Part shown: piece by piece, positions 38,234-51,628 of the stretch
Position numbering within the stretch: position 1 is the stretch's first letter
How the letters are laid out: each line of letters opens with the position of its first letter
Assembly: GCF_036321535.1 (NCBI RefSeq)
Contig: NC_087436.1
Location: 92,010,001-92,074,000 of the forward strand
Direction of reading: 5' to 3'
DNA length: 64,000 nt
Origin: Camelus dromedarius
Lineage: Eukaryota
Translations under genes and position numbers: made by a program
The notes under the pieces: generated by a model
Databases searched by the model: none
Seen by the model: the letters and a program-made list of their open reading frames with translations, nothing else
Told to the model about the DNA's origin: nothing

Positions 38234-39636
38234 TTACTTTATATCATGGGCCTGCAATGTGACTTACAAAGATTACTTTCAAAGGGCCAAAATATCAAAT
38301 GTTAAATCTGTCTGATGACTTTATCATTTCCTAGTAGCTTGCCCACAATTCAGAATAAATAAATTTCCTAAAATAAAGTTAATGTATAAATACTGAAAAC
38401 AACATTGTCATTTTTAAAGGGAATCACAAATAGACCAAGGTCATCCTAAAATAGTGTCATCAGAATCTATGCAATGCTATGATGAGAACTGTCTTTTACT
38501 TAAAGGGTTGTAGAGACAATTTAATAAGTTAATTTGTGAACACTGCCTGGCACATATTGGCCACTCAAAAAGGTTAGTTTTTATTAGTCACTATTTCATT
38601 GACAAATCCTTACTTAGAGGGACTTTTATTGACTGCTGCCTCAAGCTAAATTGCTGTGGTCACATGACACAACTGTTTTCTACCATCCATATAGTCACTT
38701 TATTTAAACACTTCTATTCTTAGCCTTATGGTTTAAGGTCTTGCCACTGTAAGAGAGGGAGAGTAAGTGTGTTTCAATTCCCATGTGAATTCTGGTGTTT
38801 TGGAAAGATTCGGAGGCCACTTCCATTCTTAAGAGAAATTAGCTGTGTCAGCCATAAACCTGGGAGAAGAAAAAGATGGCTTACACAGCCTTACAGTCTA
38901 TACCCAATTCTCACACCAACCTGATGTAGTAGAGACTACCTCATTTCACAAGTGATGCAATAAAGGCTCTTAATGAATAAAAGAAATGTTCAGGTCACCA
39001 GAGAATTTCAAATTTGGAAATTGGAGCAAAATCTATGTTCTTTCCTCTTTAACGGTAGTTTTCAACCTTTACTTACATCCATTTTTTCCCCAAATAATAT
39101 ATTACATGGGATTCCCCAAATGCAAAACAGTTAAAAGGATGAATGCTGTGACTGATGCAGAAGTCGGGGTGGGGGTGGAGTGGGTCTCGAGGGCACCCAC
39201 CAAGGCTCCCCCAGTGCTCCACCAGCCTCCAGGAATCCTATTCCTGTTACATCATCCAGTACAACCTATTCTACTTGTTCTTCTAGTAACAGTAGATAAC
39301 TCAGCCACTCCTAGCCATCTCCTTCAGAGCGTGCTTTTGTTATACTGGAACTCTGGTTCCAATTTAAAAGAGTTCCAACAAGGAGAAAGATCTGGCTTAC
39401 GTGAGATGCTCCTTTGTCTTAAGTCTTATTGCTCAGTAGACAGTTTTGTCCTCAGTGCAAGATGGAAAAAGAGCTAGGAAATTCCCCAAACCTGGACAGT
39501 GTTCTAGGTTGGAGGAAGGAATAATAACTGAAGTTAACGATAACCATTATTAGTAGCAACAAAACAGATTTCCACTTTCAGTGAAGAGGGTGACTACAGA
39601 AACTGTGACCTTCAACAATTTAGAAATCTAGGGTAG

Positions 39637-39761
39637 AGGGGTAAGTTATATCTCAGTGGAAGAGATCCTGGGTTCAACCCCCAGTACATCCATTAAAAGT
39701 AAATAAATAAATAAAATGAATTACCTCCCCTCCCCTCAAAAACTTAAAATAAAAAAAAAAA
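39637..39761 (+). mobile_element. Camelid tRNA-derived SINE with internal deletion
   Basis: Perfect 15-bp TSD agaaatctagggtag (39622-39636 and 39762-39776), B box ggttcaaccc, polyA tail. Confidence 0.92.
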
Positions 39762-41879
39762 AGAAATCTAGGGTAGCTATTCAGTGTCCTGGTGTCCAGT
39801 AAAGCCAGAACCCATGCGGACTTGGTTGAAAATAGCACCCTAGAAAGTACTGAATCTATGGAATGTCCCTCGTCTGAAGAGTGGTTTGGGCAGAGGCAGT
39901 CCTTTTGGGGTGGAGTTCAAGAAAAAAGGAGTAAGAAAGCATCCTCTTTTACCTGTTTCTGTTCATATATGTTTGGTGAAGCACTTTTTTGTCTGTTTAT
40001 TTTATTGACTTTATTGAGGTAGATTGCAAGGGACTTTTAAAAAATAAATATATAGTGGGTTTATTCCAAAAATATATCCACATTACCAGGCACTGTGCGA
40101 GGCATAGAAGATATAGCAGTACACCAGAGACTTCCTTGTTCTCTTTATTTCCTCTCAGCTAAAAATAAAGATTTATTACTGAAATAATGACTAACAATCA
40201 TATTAAGTGGCTACTATGTACCAGGCAATGCTTTATTCACTTTACATGAGTTAACTCATCAAATCTTCTCAACAACTCTTCAAGTGCAAAGCAGACCTCA
40301 TAGCATTGTAGAGATTCTGACGACATTATTTTAGGATGGCCTTGGTCTGTTTGTGGGTCCCTTTAAAAATGACAATGTTGCTTTTAGTATTTATATATTA
40401 ATTTTATTTTAGAAAACTGATTTGTGATCTTTGGAAAGGCCACTCCATACTGCAGTCATTGAAATGAAGCACACAAGAATTCCTGTGTCTCTAATGGAGG
40501 ATCAAGGGGATGAGGGAACAAGGGTGGAGTTCATGAATTACTGTCCAATGGATTTCCTTTGTATCACAAATTCAAATGTCATCAATATAAAGAGTTTTTG
40601 CTGTTATCTACCATAGAACGAGGATGCTAAGATCAAGAGTCTTCAGAGTCTTCTTCAAGATCAAGAAATGATTGCACTTCTTATTTTTAACCGCAGATCA
40701 TCCAATCTTACTTTAGAAGAGCTACAAAGTCTCTTAAGTATTCTGCCAAACAGGAAGCAACGTATCTGAGTCTCTGTGACCATAAACCCCATCGTCTAGA
40801 TTGTCTGTGAGGCAGACCTACTTGGTGGAGCAGATTGTCAAAGACTACACACTTGGCATATAATCCCACCTCTGGAAGATTCACCTCTATGTATTTTGTT
40901 TTAAACTGTATTCAACAATTTAATTCAGCAAATTCTCATTAAGTGCCTAATAAACACCTCTCTGTCTGACCAAGCTGTTAATAAGCACTGTTTCCTGATA
41001 ATTAGGATTTCTAGCATCCTCAATTCATAGAGTTGGGAAAGAAGCCCCTGAACAAAATGCTGACCCAGAGGAAATGTGTTGCTTATATTCCTAAGTGTGT
41101 GTAAGTCTGATGGATGAGTCTGAGTACTGACCCAGCGGGAATACTGCCACAATCTTACTTAAAAAGATGTTCCAATTTCAGAGAGAGGCAGCATGGCCTG
41201 ATTTCCCAGGTGAGTAGGTGGTACTCTGCTGCTGTAGTCTCTGAACGTGCCGTGGCCACACACCCCACGGAGAAGGAACATCACCTTCAGTGGTGCTCTC
41301 TAGGGAGGGTCAGGACAGTCTCTGATAGCTCCAGTGCCCTGCTCAGACAGCCAGAGCCATGGCCAGCATCCTCAGCGTGAAGCTGGAAATCTTACCCCTG
41401 TTCTTCATGAAAAACAAATCAGACTTTAAAAGAAAAAAATTACAGAAACTGGACACTATGTTGGTAACCTCACTAGCAATGACAACAAAATGTTTGCTTA
41501 TGTTTTAAAAAAATAGCAAATCCAAAGCTTACTTAGAGTTTCTCTACCATCTGAGATCTTTAATCCAGTACCTGCCAATACATTTCTAATATATCTCAGG
41601 GTGCGTCTGGTCTCTGTGTGGGCATCAGCAGGATCAGCTGCCATCTTGGTTATTGTCTGGGGGGAATCTTTAGACACCTCTTCGCTTTTGCTCTTTAGCT
41701 TGCTTAGTAATGTGAATAAATACATAAATAAATAAAATTTACCCCCAAATGGTGTTTTTATTCACTCTTTTCATTCAAGCATTCTCTTGCATAAAATAAT
41801 TCCTTTTCTCTTCTTTTTCATCAAGTAACTGCTTTGCCTTCTCAAAAAAAAAAAAAAAAAACACATGGGATGAAAGAAG

Positions 41880-42015
41880 ATTCATTCATCTACTCACTCC
41901 ACGAATGTTTATTAGGTGCCCATGATTTCCCAGTTCCTATCCTAGGCTCTAGAGGTGAAGAACAGAACAAAACAGACGAGAATCTGGGTCCACATGGAGC
42001 TCATACTTTATTGGG
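41880..42015 (-). mobile_element. L2 3' end
   Basis: ttcattcatctactcactccacgaatgtttattaggtgccc...catggagctcatac. Confidence 0.65.
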
Positions 42016-42602
42016 AGGATCCCTGGCAAACTGCTTCAGGAGCAGAATCCCCACCGGTGCAGCTAGCCTTGTTGCACCCAAGTCTCATACCAGCTACTGC
42101 CATATTTCACCAGCTTCTGCTGCCTCCTGATGTTGAGGCCACTGACAATCTTCATCAGTGAGCCAGGCCCACTCAGCTTCCCAGAGCAGCTTTCACTTGT
42201 GTGGGATGTGTAGTAGAATTCTTGGGCCAGAGAACTTGAAATGATTTGCTGATACCATGTCTGATAACTTAATTGTAACTGCTAAGCCTCTTCCCTCTCC
42301 ATTATAACTGCTGAAAACTGGGGCTTGAATTACAAAGACCAGGGCAGTTAAAGTCTAGGAGGCAGCACCCAAGTAACAGCAAATTAGATTTTGGTAGGAG
42401 CTGTCTGGTTTCTCTCTGAAGTTATTGTCAATTTACCCATCTTCCATGATGCCACTACTAGTATAAGAGCCAAGTGTTAAAATCCAGTTTGTTCCCTGGT
42501 CCTAGTACTCTCTCTACCTCCCAGTAAACACCTCACCTGGGTCTTGGTTTCTGCCACGTATGATCAAATTTCCCAGATACCTACATCAGTTAATTTGAGA
42601 GT

Positions 42603-42826
42603 GACAGCAGCATAGATTCGTGGTTAAGATCATGGAGTAGACTGACTAGAACCATGAATCAAACACTCTCTGTAAGGTCTTGAGCAAATGAATTAATTCT
42701 CTGCCTCCATTCCCTTATCGGTAAAGCAAGAGTAATAACAGAACACATCTTGGAGAATTATTGCAAGGTTTCAATAACTTAATACATACAATGCCAAGAA
42801 TATTACTTTTCATTTAGTAAAGACTC
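42603..42826 (+). mobile_element. MIR SINE
   Basis: gtggttaagatcatggag...cttgagcaaatgaattaattctctgcctcc. Confidence 0.65.
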
Positions 42827-43314
42827 CAGTGTTTCCTGCCTCAGGAATACTTAACCCTGCTTCATTGCCAAAAGCCAAGAATGAGTTTTGGATCTGAATC
42901 TTGTCTTTTCCACTTTCTTGGTTCTTCCAACTGCTTCTCCAGGGCTAATACCTTTGCCTGGGTTGACTTGCTTTAAACCCCAGCACCCTCACAGGCAGAG
43001 TAGGGCTTTTTTGGACGGCTGCAAATTCTCTAGTTTTGTTGTATGGGCAAAGCAGTCCAACAGAGTTATAGCACCTTCCAATTCCTACTAATGGTAGAAG
43101 CCAGTATCATACCATTCTTTTCAACATTAAGAACAGTCTTAAATGTTTGTGGCTTATTTATGTCATCTGTAGAATTGAGACAGACTTAATGAAGAGAATA
43201 TAATCTCCTTTCCAAAACTCTTTGAGATGAGGAAAAGAGAGAGGTTATGTTAATATATAGCATGGTGGTGTTAATCAAGTTGCAGAATTGAGGAATTATA
43301 GATTCAAAAATAAA

Positions 43315-44800
43315 GTCCATGTATAGCTAAATCAGTCATCAATCTTTAAAAAGAAGAGTAATGAGGGACATTCACTGTATAAGACTCTAAAAGATACTAT
43401 TAAACCATAGAAATAAAAACAGTATGATACCAGGTACAACACAAAACAAATACATTGATGGAATGATTAGAAAGCTAAAAGACCCAAGTAGATATGGAGA
43501 TTTCCTATAATATGAAATTGGAAATAACAAGCAATAGGAAATAATAGATTATTTAATTGATGATGTTGAAGCTAATTCACCGTACATAAGATAATAGAAA
43601 TGGATTCTACATGAACAAAAGAACCAGATGTGAAAATTATAAACTTAATAGAAGAAAATGTAGTATAATATCTCTGTGACCTTAAGACAGAAGGATACTT
43701 CATAAATAAAACTCAGAAGCACAAAGCATAAGGAAAAGTGGTGGATTTGATTATATCAGAGGATTTCTGTTGGATGAAGGACACCATGAAAGAAACTGAA
43801 GAGAGAGAAGGAAATACTGACAATGGCTAAAATCAACAAAAAGTTAATACCCAGAGTATAGAAGGATCTTCTAAAAATCATCATCAACAACAACAAAAAG
43901 ACAATTCCAAGGCGTTTAATGGGCAAGGATGAGAATACACATCTTAAAGAAGAAGAAATGTGAAAATTTAAAAAGCATACACTGAAATGCCCAAACCCAA
44001 TGGTAATCAGAAAAACATAAAATGATAAGGCAATGTACCTCTATACCTTCTACCCTGGCAGAAATTAGAGAACAATGTAAAATATTGTCAAGAATGTGGG
44101 AACACATGACATCCCTTTCTCTTCAGGAGGGAGTGTTCATAACCGTACAACTATAATGGAGAGCCATCTGGCACTACCTGAAGAGCTCAGGAGGTACATA
44201 AGCTGTTATCCAGCAATTTCTACTCTCAGAGAAATCCACAAAGGAACATGTTCAAGGCTGTTCCTTACAGCATTGTTTGTTTGAGAGAGGAATTGGAAGG
44301 CATCTGGGGAAGGTGGGTAGATAAAAAATAGTGGGTGGGCTTCACGGAGCTGCTCTGTCCAAAACAGGAGCCATTAGCCAGACATGGTTATTTGAATTTA
44401 AATTTAAATCAAGTAAAATTAAACAAAATTAAAAATTCAGTTCTTCAGTCACATTAGCCACACTTTAAGTGCTCAATAGCCACATGCAGCCAGTGACTAC
44501 TATTTTGGTTAGGACAGATATAAAACATTTCCACCATCAAAGAAAGTTCTATTCAACAGCGCCATCATAGAGAAGTATGCAGCAGATACAAGAAATGGAT
44601 TCAATGTTCACATAGCAACATAGATGGCTCTTAAACACAAGTGCCTAGAGAAAATAGTTTGAAACACCATTAGGTATATTGTGTAACATTATTTGTATAA
44701 ATATATAAAAATGTGCAGAGAATAGAATACATATGAACCAAGTTAAATGACTTAAAAAGATACATATTAACCCAAATTGATAGCTTCATGGAGTTGGAGT
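43315..44800 (+). mobile_element. Old L1ME-like ORF2 3' part and 3'UTR
   Basis: atactattaaaccatagaaataaaaacagtatg; aaacttaatagaagaaaatgtag; tatccagcaatttctactc. Confidence 0.75.
44350..44564 (-). mobile_element. MER3 (hAT-Charlie) nested in L1ME
   Basis: aagtgctcaatagccacatg...aaagttctattcaacagcg; 8-bp TSD tcacggag/tcatagag. Confidence 0.88.
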
Positions 44801-45950
44801 AAAGGGACAAAAGTACAGGGACCCCATCTATACAGATGTTATTGCCAAAAGGAGTTTTAGGTTATCAAGTACACACTCTCATTGTGTTTGTCCTTCTGGG
44901 CAAGACTACAATATGAATAAAACATGATTCCTAAAACCAAGGAGCATAGAGTTCATTTGGGGCATAAACCAAATGTCCAAAGGAAAGTAATACAAAAATT
45001 AAAAGACTTTGATAAGCACCCAAGAAAAAGAGAGATACAGGAATTCAAAGTTGGGAGCGATCAGGAATAATGTGGGGAAGAGGTGTTACTACAGGTGGGC
45101 CCTGAAGCTGGTAGGAGGAAATGAGGAACTGGAACAGGGGCAGGCTAGGCAGACAGAGCAGCTTGCACAAAGGAAGGGCAGGAATAAACCACAGAGTGGA
45201 AGGAGTGGGAGAGAATCAGAAACAAGGTCAGCAAAGGAAACTGGACCAAAAAGAGCTGGTCGTGGCACACAGACACCACATAACCACCTTGCGTAGTTCA
45301 CCGGGGAACATCTTGGTTCATGTTTGTTGTCCCAGAATAATTATCCATGCACCCTTTTCACCCTCAAGGTGTCCTAGTTCAGACTATAAAATATATATAT
45401 TTTATCCTACACATAGAGAGAAATAGGCTGATAAAATAGTTGAGCAGAGAGGTATTAAGGGCTTCCTCATTGCATTCTGATTTGACATATGCTATATTTA
45501 AATAAGTATTTCTCAGATGTTGTCATTATAAGTATAGGAACAAAATTAAAAGGTGCACCTTGGGAGAAATCAATTTTTCTGTAATCTTCAGAAATAATGA
45601 GTTGGGCCATGGGGAAAATGAAATAATTTAAATGAAAATTTGTGTATGTGCTTCAAGACAATGGCCTGACTTGAAGTACCTCATCAGCATCTCTGTTACA
45701 GAGAATTGGGCTCTGATAAAGCTGCCTGGAGTTCCCACCTAATACTACGAGGTTGTTACACACTAGCACTAAAGCCACTGGAGCTGGAGCAAACCTACTG
45801 GCAGGTGATAGCAAATTAAAGCTGCTACACGTATCTTGTTACATATTTCTAAGAACACGCATGGAAAAATTCAATTAGGGAAACTCAATTATCATCAGAA
45901 TGTGTTGAACATTTTGATTACTAAAAATAAGTTGCTAAAAGCACAATTAC

Positions 45951-46016
45951 CTCAATTTTGGTTAAGAGGTCTTGCAGTTCTCCTGATTCATTCATTGACA
46001 AAATTTTCTCAGCACC
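45951..46016 (-). CDS. GRXCR1: GRXCR1 penultimate exon (exon 3, 66 bp), end of glutaredoxin-like domain
   Basis: ctctcttgttaatag|GGTGCTGAG...AAAATTGAG|gtaatt. Translates to GAEKILSMNESGELQDLLTKIE, phase 0/0, and joins in frame to RVQHPHEC of the last exon. Confidence 0.96.
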
Positions 46017-46424
46017 CTATTAACAAGAGAGGGTAGGGGAGAAAGAAAATCCATTTCGTTAGTATCTGGGAAAACAAAGTTCTAGCCAAGAAAGTTTAAC
46101 CCACAAAATACTGAACAGGATTTTTCCCTTCAGATCTAAGTAAACTTTGAACCAGGAGGTCAAAGAGGAGATGACATTGCTTTCTTTCGAATATTCTCCC
46201 ATCTAGTAAGGCTAACTGTGGTCAAGAGGACGGCTGCCAGCAGGAGGTGAGCTGGGAAGCCCATAGCTGTCAGATGAGATGGAAGGTTCCAGCACACCCT
46301 TCAGACTTTTTCAGGGAGCCTAAGCCAGCCACCGGGGAAAGGAAGCCTCTGAGCAAATTCCCAGCCGGGGCTGCTTCCCCACTATTCCAAGAAACCCTGG
46401 ACATGCTGTAAAGATAACAGCTGC

Positions 46425-46635
46425 TAATAATAATCATAATAATACTAATACCCATTCACAGTAATTAAACAGGTATTGTGAGCTAGGCACCCAACCTCAT
46501 CTAATTTGATGTTGTGGACTCTTAAAGGTAGAACTTGAGCCTCAGTGAGGTTAAGTAACAATTCCAAGGTGGTCACCCAGAGAGAAAGCAGAGTGGGTAT
46601 GTGAACCCAGGCAGGGACTTACTCCAGAGCCAGTG
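46425..46635 (-). mobile_element. MIR SINE
   Basis: gagcctcagtgaggttaagtaacaattccaaggtggtcacccag...tgaacccaggcag. Confidence 0.7.
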
Positions 46636-49084
46636 TTTTCAACTTTTAAAACTTTACTGTGGAAATGAGAACGGGGACAATGTATGTGCTTTCCAACGCT
46701 CATCGTGTTTCTTTCAACTACCCCACTTTTCTTTCCTTTCCAGCCTCTTCTTATATCCCCCCACTCTACTTCCCAACATGCAAGTGTAAAAGGGGAAGAA
46801 GGAAGAAGTTACTTCCAGTCAGAGGCGGAGATCACCTGTGTCTTTCTCACATCATATCCCCGGCACAGAATAGGTGCTCAACTAATCAACAAGACAGGGA
46901 GAAACATCATCACACAAAACATACATTTTGGGTTCCAATTTGTGCTGGGAAGGGTGGAAATAAAATTTTATTTTATTAAAAAAATAAAATGTCCTGAGCA
47001 TTAGGAGGTTACAATGTATTTTTTTCTAAGCACACAACCAAGGAATCCACAATGTAGAATGGGAAATAACTGCCAAATGAGTGGTGCAGGAAAAGGATGA
47101 GCCAGATCACAGCATGGAGAAAAAAAAAAGATGTGTTTATGGAGGGCAGAGAAGACTTTCTGAGGCTGGAGACATTTGTCCTGGAGCTTGAAGTTTGGGT
47201 GAGGTTGCTAAAGACAGGGTGGGCAATTCTGGTGGGATGTTCAGGAGCCTTTCGTTCTGGGTTTCATTGACTTCAGCTTATTTTATATAACACACATCAT
47301 CTTAATCACCATTGAGGTCGTCAACTTGCTGTATTAAAAACAGTGATAGATGAATACACAGGGATACAGGGAACGTGTGTAGCCCAAACAGGCAGATTAT
47401 ATTCTTTTATTTGTCGGTGGCTTTGCCAGGAATATAGACACGACCCACTTAGAGTGATGAGAACAAAGCAAAGAAAACACAAAAACAAAACAAAACATTA
47501 AAACTTAAAACATAGTAATAATTGGCAATATTTTACTTTTGCTACATTCTACTTCTTTTAAGAGTTAGCTAAGCTAAAATGGGAAAAGCCTCTGGGGAAT
47601 TTGGTACGTGAACTAAGCAGTAAGGAGAATATGTGACACATTTTTTTTCAATGAAAGAAAATGTACCCTGAGACTCCAAAGAATATGAACGTACCAGAGC
47701 AGCTATCACTCATCAGCTCCCCAGCAAACTTCTTATCTTAGCAGGTGCCTCGGTTCGCTGTTTAGAATACCACACATAGGCCAGGAAAGGACAGTCTCAT
47801 TACCCTTCTTAAATACGTGAAATCTGCTCTGCCTCTGCCAGATCATTCCAGCACCATCACTACTGTGGGAGCAGATTCCATGTTTCAGAAGAAACTCAGG
47901 CTCTGCTCACATCAAGCAATGCGCCTAAAGGCAGGAGAATCACTTCCCTTGAAGACACGTGGGGGTCTAGTGCACAGCTGGTGTACCAAGCACTTAAGTG
48001 GGGGGGGGGGGACTCTGCTCTGTAACAGAGAAAACCTGGGAGCTGAGCATCTCCATCCTTCTCACTGCAGCTAGTTAACGTGGCTCCACCCACAGCTCCA
48101 CCTGTAGCTGGTGAGAGGAGCCCTCTGGTCCCTGTGTCACATCTGGAGCAGTGACAGTAGCCAAAACCCCCTCCTTACACACAGCATTCCCCATCCCCAC
48201 CCTCCACCTGAACTTGTCCTTGCTGAACCCAGGAGCAAGAACCTCTGGCGAGGACAAGGAAGTCAAATGACGTCCTCCTTACTCTTAAGCACCAGCAGCA
48301 GGATGGGGATCTCAGCCTAGTCGCAAGTTTTAGGGAAAAATTGGATTTCTCCCATCCTGAGACCTGGGATATTCACCAGCATAAGTCTCTACCTGACCTG
48401 TCTGCACTGCATTTACATATTCCAGAGATCTCATTCCCTATAGTTTTCCATCAAGAGCATTCCAATGATTATTTGGCCTATAATAAAACCCCTTGTGTCC
48501 ACAAAAAAAAAGAGTGTATTTCCTTAAATATCAACATTCTTAGGAAACAATCTTTTCCTGATGATATTTGGCTAAGAATGTCACATGTTAAGTTTCTTAC
48601 TATTTAAATATAATTCTGCATTCAATTCCATGCAAGTAGAAATTAACTAATCATTCTATTGTTTGTCATAGTTTACCAAGACTGCCCAGATACCTATGGA
48701 AATATTTCTAGTATACTTTTCAATTAATTTAGAATCTTTTCTTCTGAAAATTAATGCCATCCTGAAAATAATGATAATAGTGATGTGTTAAGTGGTTTAC
48801 AGACATTGGCCCTTTTAATCATTAGTGCTAAGTAAGAAATATTACAGCAATTTTTTAAATGAAGAAACTAAAGTTTGGAGAAAGAAGCAAGATGGTGGAG
48901 TAGAAGGACACTTGTAGCTCACCCTCTCCCACAAATACACCAAAACTCACATCTACGGACCTACTCAGCCAATCAGAGCACCTGCCAAACTCCGACAGAA
49001 CATCACCCTCTTCAAAAGACTAAGATGCCAAAAATCTGGTAGGAGAAAAGGAAAAAAGAAAGAAGAAAAAGCAAAACAGTGTGG

Positions 49085-50065
49085 GACGGTTCCCGCGGGG
49101 AGGGAGCGGCAAAGGAGGACTGGTGCTCGTTAGCTGGGTTCCCCCCCTCCAACAGAGAGGCCAGCGGGACGGAGGGGGAGCCTCTGAGGCTCAGATCTGC
49201 CCTGAGCACCCCTTGACTGTTAGAACTGAGTTAAATGGGCAAAAAGGGTCCCTATGACACCCAGCCCGAGACGCAAGCCGGCAGCTGGGGCCAAGACAGG
49301 CCGCTGGAGCAGGGCGGGGGATGGGGGCGGCTGCACTGAGGCGGCCCTGGGGGACTGCAGGGGGCTGTGCGCCATGGCTGGGAGGGGATACGGAGCAGAA
49401 CAACCTCGGTCCCCCATAAGTTGCGAAAAAAGCAAAGCAACGCGGCTGGTGTGCCCTAAGGGGAGGGGTGCCGTAGCCTTTGTCTCCTCAGACCTGTGCC
49501 ACCATTACTGGCACTTCTCCTGAGAAGAGAGGCGGGGTGCAGCCACAGCGGCCATCTCCTCCTGTGCGCAGCGCCGGGGCGGGGGCGGGGCCGAGACCTG
49601 ATCCGCACCTGGGGGCTCCGCAACCTCCTGGGCAGGACTGAGGCTTGTTTACAGCCCAAGGCAGATAGGAGCTTTCTGCCCTGGCACCTCAGAGAACTTG
49701 TGCCGCCAAGACAAACAAGGAGCTGAGATTTGGCAAGGAGCAGAGGCGGGGCCGTTCCACGGTCTTCCCCGAGCCCGCCTTCGGAACGCTGACCCGAGGC
49801 GGAGCGGGCAGCTGCACAGAGCAGCGGAGCGACCGGCGCTGGGAGAGGATAGGCGGCCACCCCACTTCCTGGCAGGAACACAGCTCCTGACCATGGTGCT
49901 GGGAGGGGGCGTGATCCACCCACTTGCCTCACCCAAGTGCAGCATCTGACTGCGGCATCGGGAGGGGGAGTGACCCGCCCACCCACCAGGTAAGAGCTCA
50001 GCACCTTACCCAGTGTTGGGAGGGGGCACGATCTGCTAGCCGACAGCCTCTGGGGGCAGCGCAGA
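49085..50065 (+). promoter_or_regulatory. L1 5'UTR CpG island / internal promoter
   Basis: GC-rich with many retained CpGs; tandem GC boxes ggggcgggggcggggc at about 49576-49592. Confidence 0.8.
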
Positions 50066-50217
50066 CAAGGGCTCCAACAGAGGGCCTCTGGAAACAGCAA
50101 GCTGAGTTTGCAAAACAGGGTGAAGACACAAAGACCTCTTGATAAAATCATTAAGAGCACACCGTCTCCAGGAGAACTAGATAACTGATACTCCTTAAAC
50201 CACAGTGCCAGAGAGAT

Positions 50218-51118
50218 ATGAGCAATATGAAGAAGCAGAGGAACCACTCCCAATCAAAAGATCAAGAGAAATCCCTTGAAAACATGATCAATGAAATAGA
50301 CATTGATGGCCTACTAGATCAAGATTTCAAAAAAGGAGTGATCAAAGTACTGAAGGAACTAAAAGAAATAGTGTTTAAAGATATAAAATATGTCAAAAAT
50401 GAAATAGAAGCTATAAAGAAGAACCAAGTAGAATTAGTAAACTCATTTGCTGAGATGAGAGCTGACCTAAAGGCTGTACAAAGCAGGCTAGATAATGCAG
50501 AGGAAGATTAAGTGACCTAGAAGACAGGACAACAAAAAGCACCCAATCAGAACAGCTGAGAGAAAAACAAATAAAAAAACAATGAAAACAATATAAGGGA
50601 CCTATGGGATAATATAAAGCATGCCAATCTACGCATAATAGGAGTTCCAGAAGGGGAAGAAAGAACAAAGGGGATTGAAAAGGTATTTGAAGAAATCATG
50701 ACTGAAAACTTCCCGAATCTAAAGGAATCAGATATCCAAGTACAGGAGGCTCAGAGGGTCCCAAACAGGAAGTACCCAAACAGACCCGCACCAAGACATA
50801 TCATAATCAAGATGGCCAGAGTCAAGGATAAAGAAATGATCCTAAAGGCAGCAAGAGAAAAAGAAAGAGTAAGTTACAAAGGAACCCCCATAAGGCTCTT
50901 AGCTGATTTCTCTACACAAACACTACAGGCCAGAAGGGAGTGGCAAGATATATTCAAAGTCCTGAATGAAAAAAAGATACAGCCTAGAATACTCTATCCA
51001 GCAAGGCTATCCTTTAGAATAGAAGGAGAGATAAAAGATCTTCACAGAGAAGCAAAAACTAAAAGAGTTTAGCAACACTAAACCCATGCTAAAAGAAATA
51101 TTGACAGGTTTACTCTAA
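50218..51118 (+). pseudogene. L1 ORF1p, frameshifted
   Basis: MSNMKKQRNHSQSKDQEK... coiled coil, then ENFPNL...PRHIIIKM...ARREWQDIFKVL...YPARLSF. Split over ORFs 50218..50511 and 50698..51072. Confidence 0.92.
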
Positions 51119-51256
51119 ATAGAAAAGAAGCAGGATGCTACAAAAATGAGAAACTCATAACTGGAAAGGAGATAACTGCCATGAATTACAAAAAGAATAA
51201 ACACAAAATTGTAAAAGAAGACATCTAAATCATTGAGTGGGAGAGGGAAGCAAGGA

Positions 51257-51628
51257 AAGCCACTGTGGAAAACAGTACGGAGATTCCTCAAAAGACTAGG
51301 AATAGACTTACCGTATGACCCAGGAATCCCGCTCGTGGGCATATGTCCAGAAGGAACCCTACTTCAAAATGACACCTGTGCCCCAATGTTCACAGCAGCA
51401 CTATTTACAATAGCCAAGACACGGAAGCAGCCGAGATGTCCATCAACAGATGACTGAATAAAGAAGAGGTGGTATATTTATACAATGGAATACTATTCAG
51501 CCACAAAAACCAACAACATAACGCCATTTGCAGCAACATGGATGTTCCTGGAGAATGTCATTCAAAGTGAAGTAAGCCAGAAAGAGAAAGAAAAATACCA
51601 TATGAGATCGCTTATATGAAGAATCTAA
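51257..51628 (+). pseudogene. L1 ORF2p C-terminal remnant
   Basis: PLWKTVRRFLKRLGIDLPYDPGIPLVGI...MFTAALFTIAK with in-frame stops. Confidence 0.9.

Noticed and set aside
38986..39477. 163-aa plus-strand ORF
   Set aside because: Antisense within GRXCR1 intron 3, begins at the edge of a MIR-like remnant and has no recognisable domain.
51240..51275. Idea that the L1 ORF2 deletion arose by RNA splicing
   Set aside because: The right side may follow an AG (compare tggtgcag|ct at about 26865-26874), but I cannot show a GT donor on the left; it needs the family consensus.
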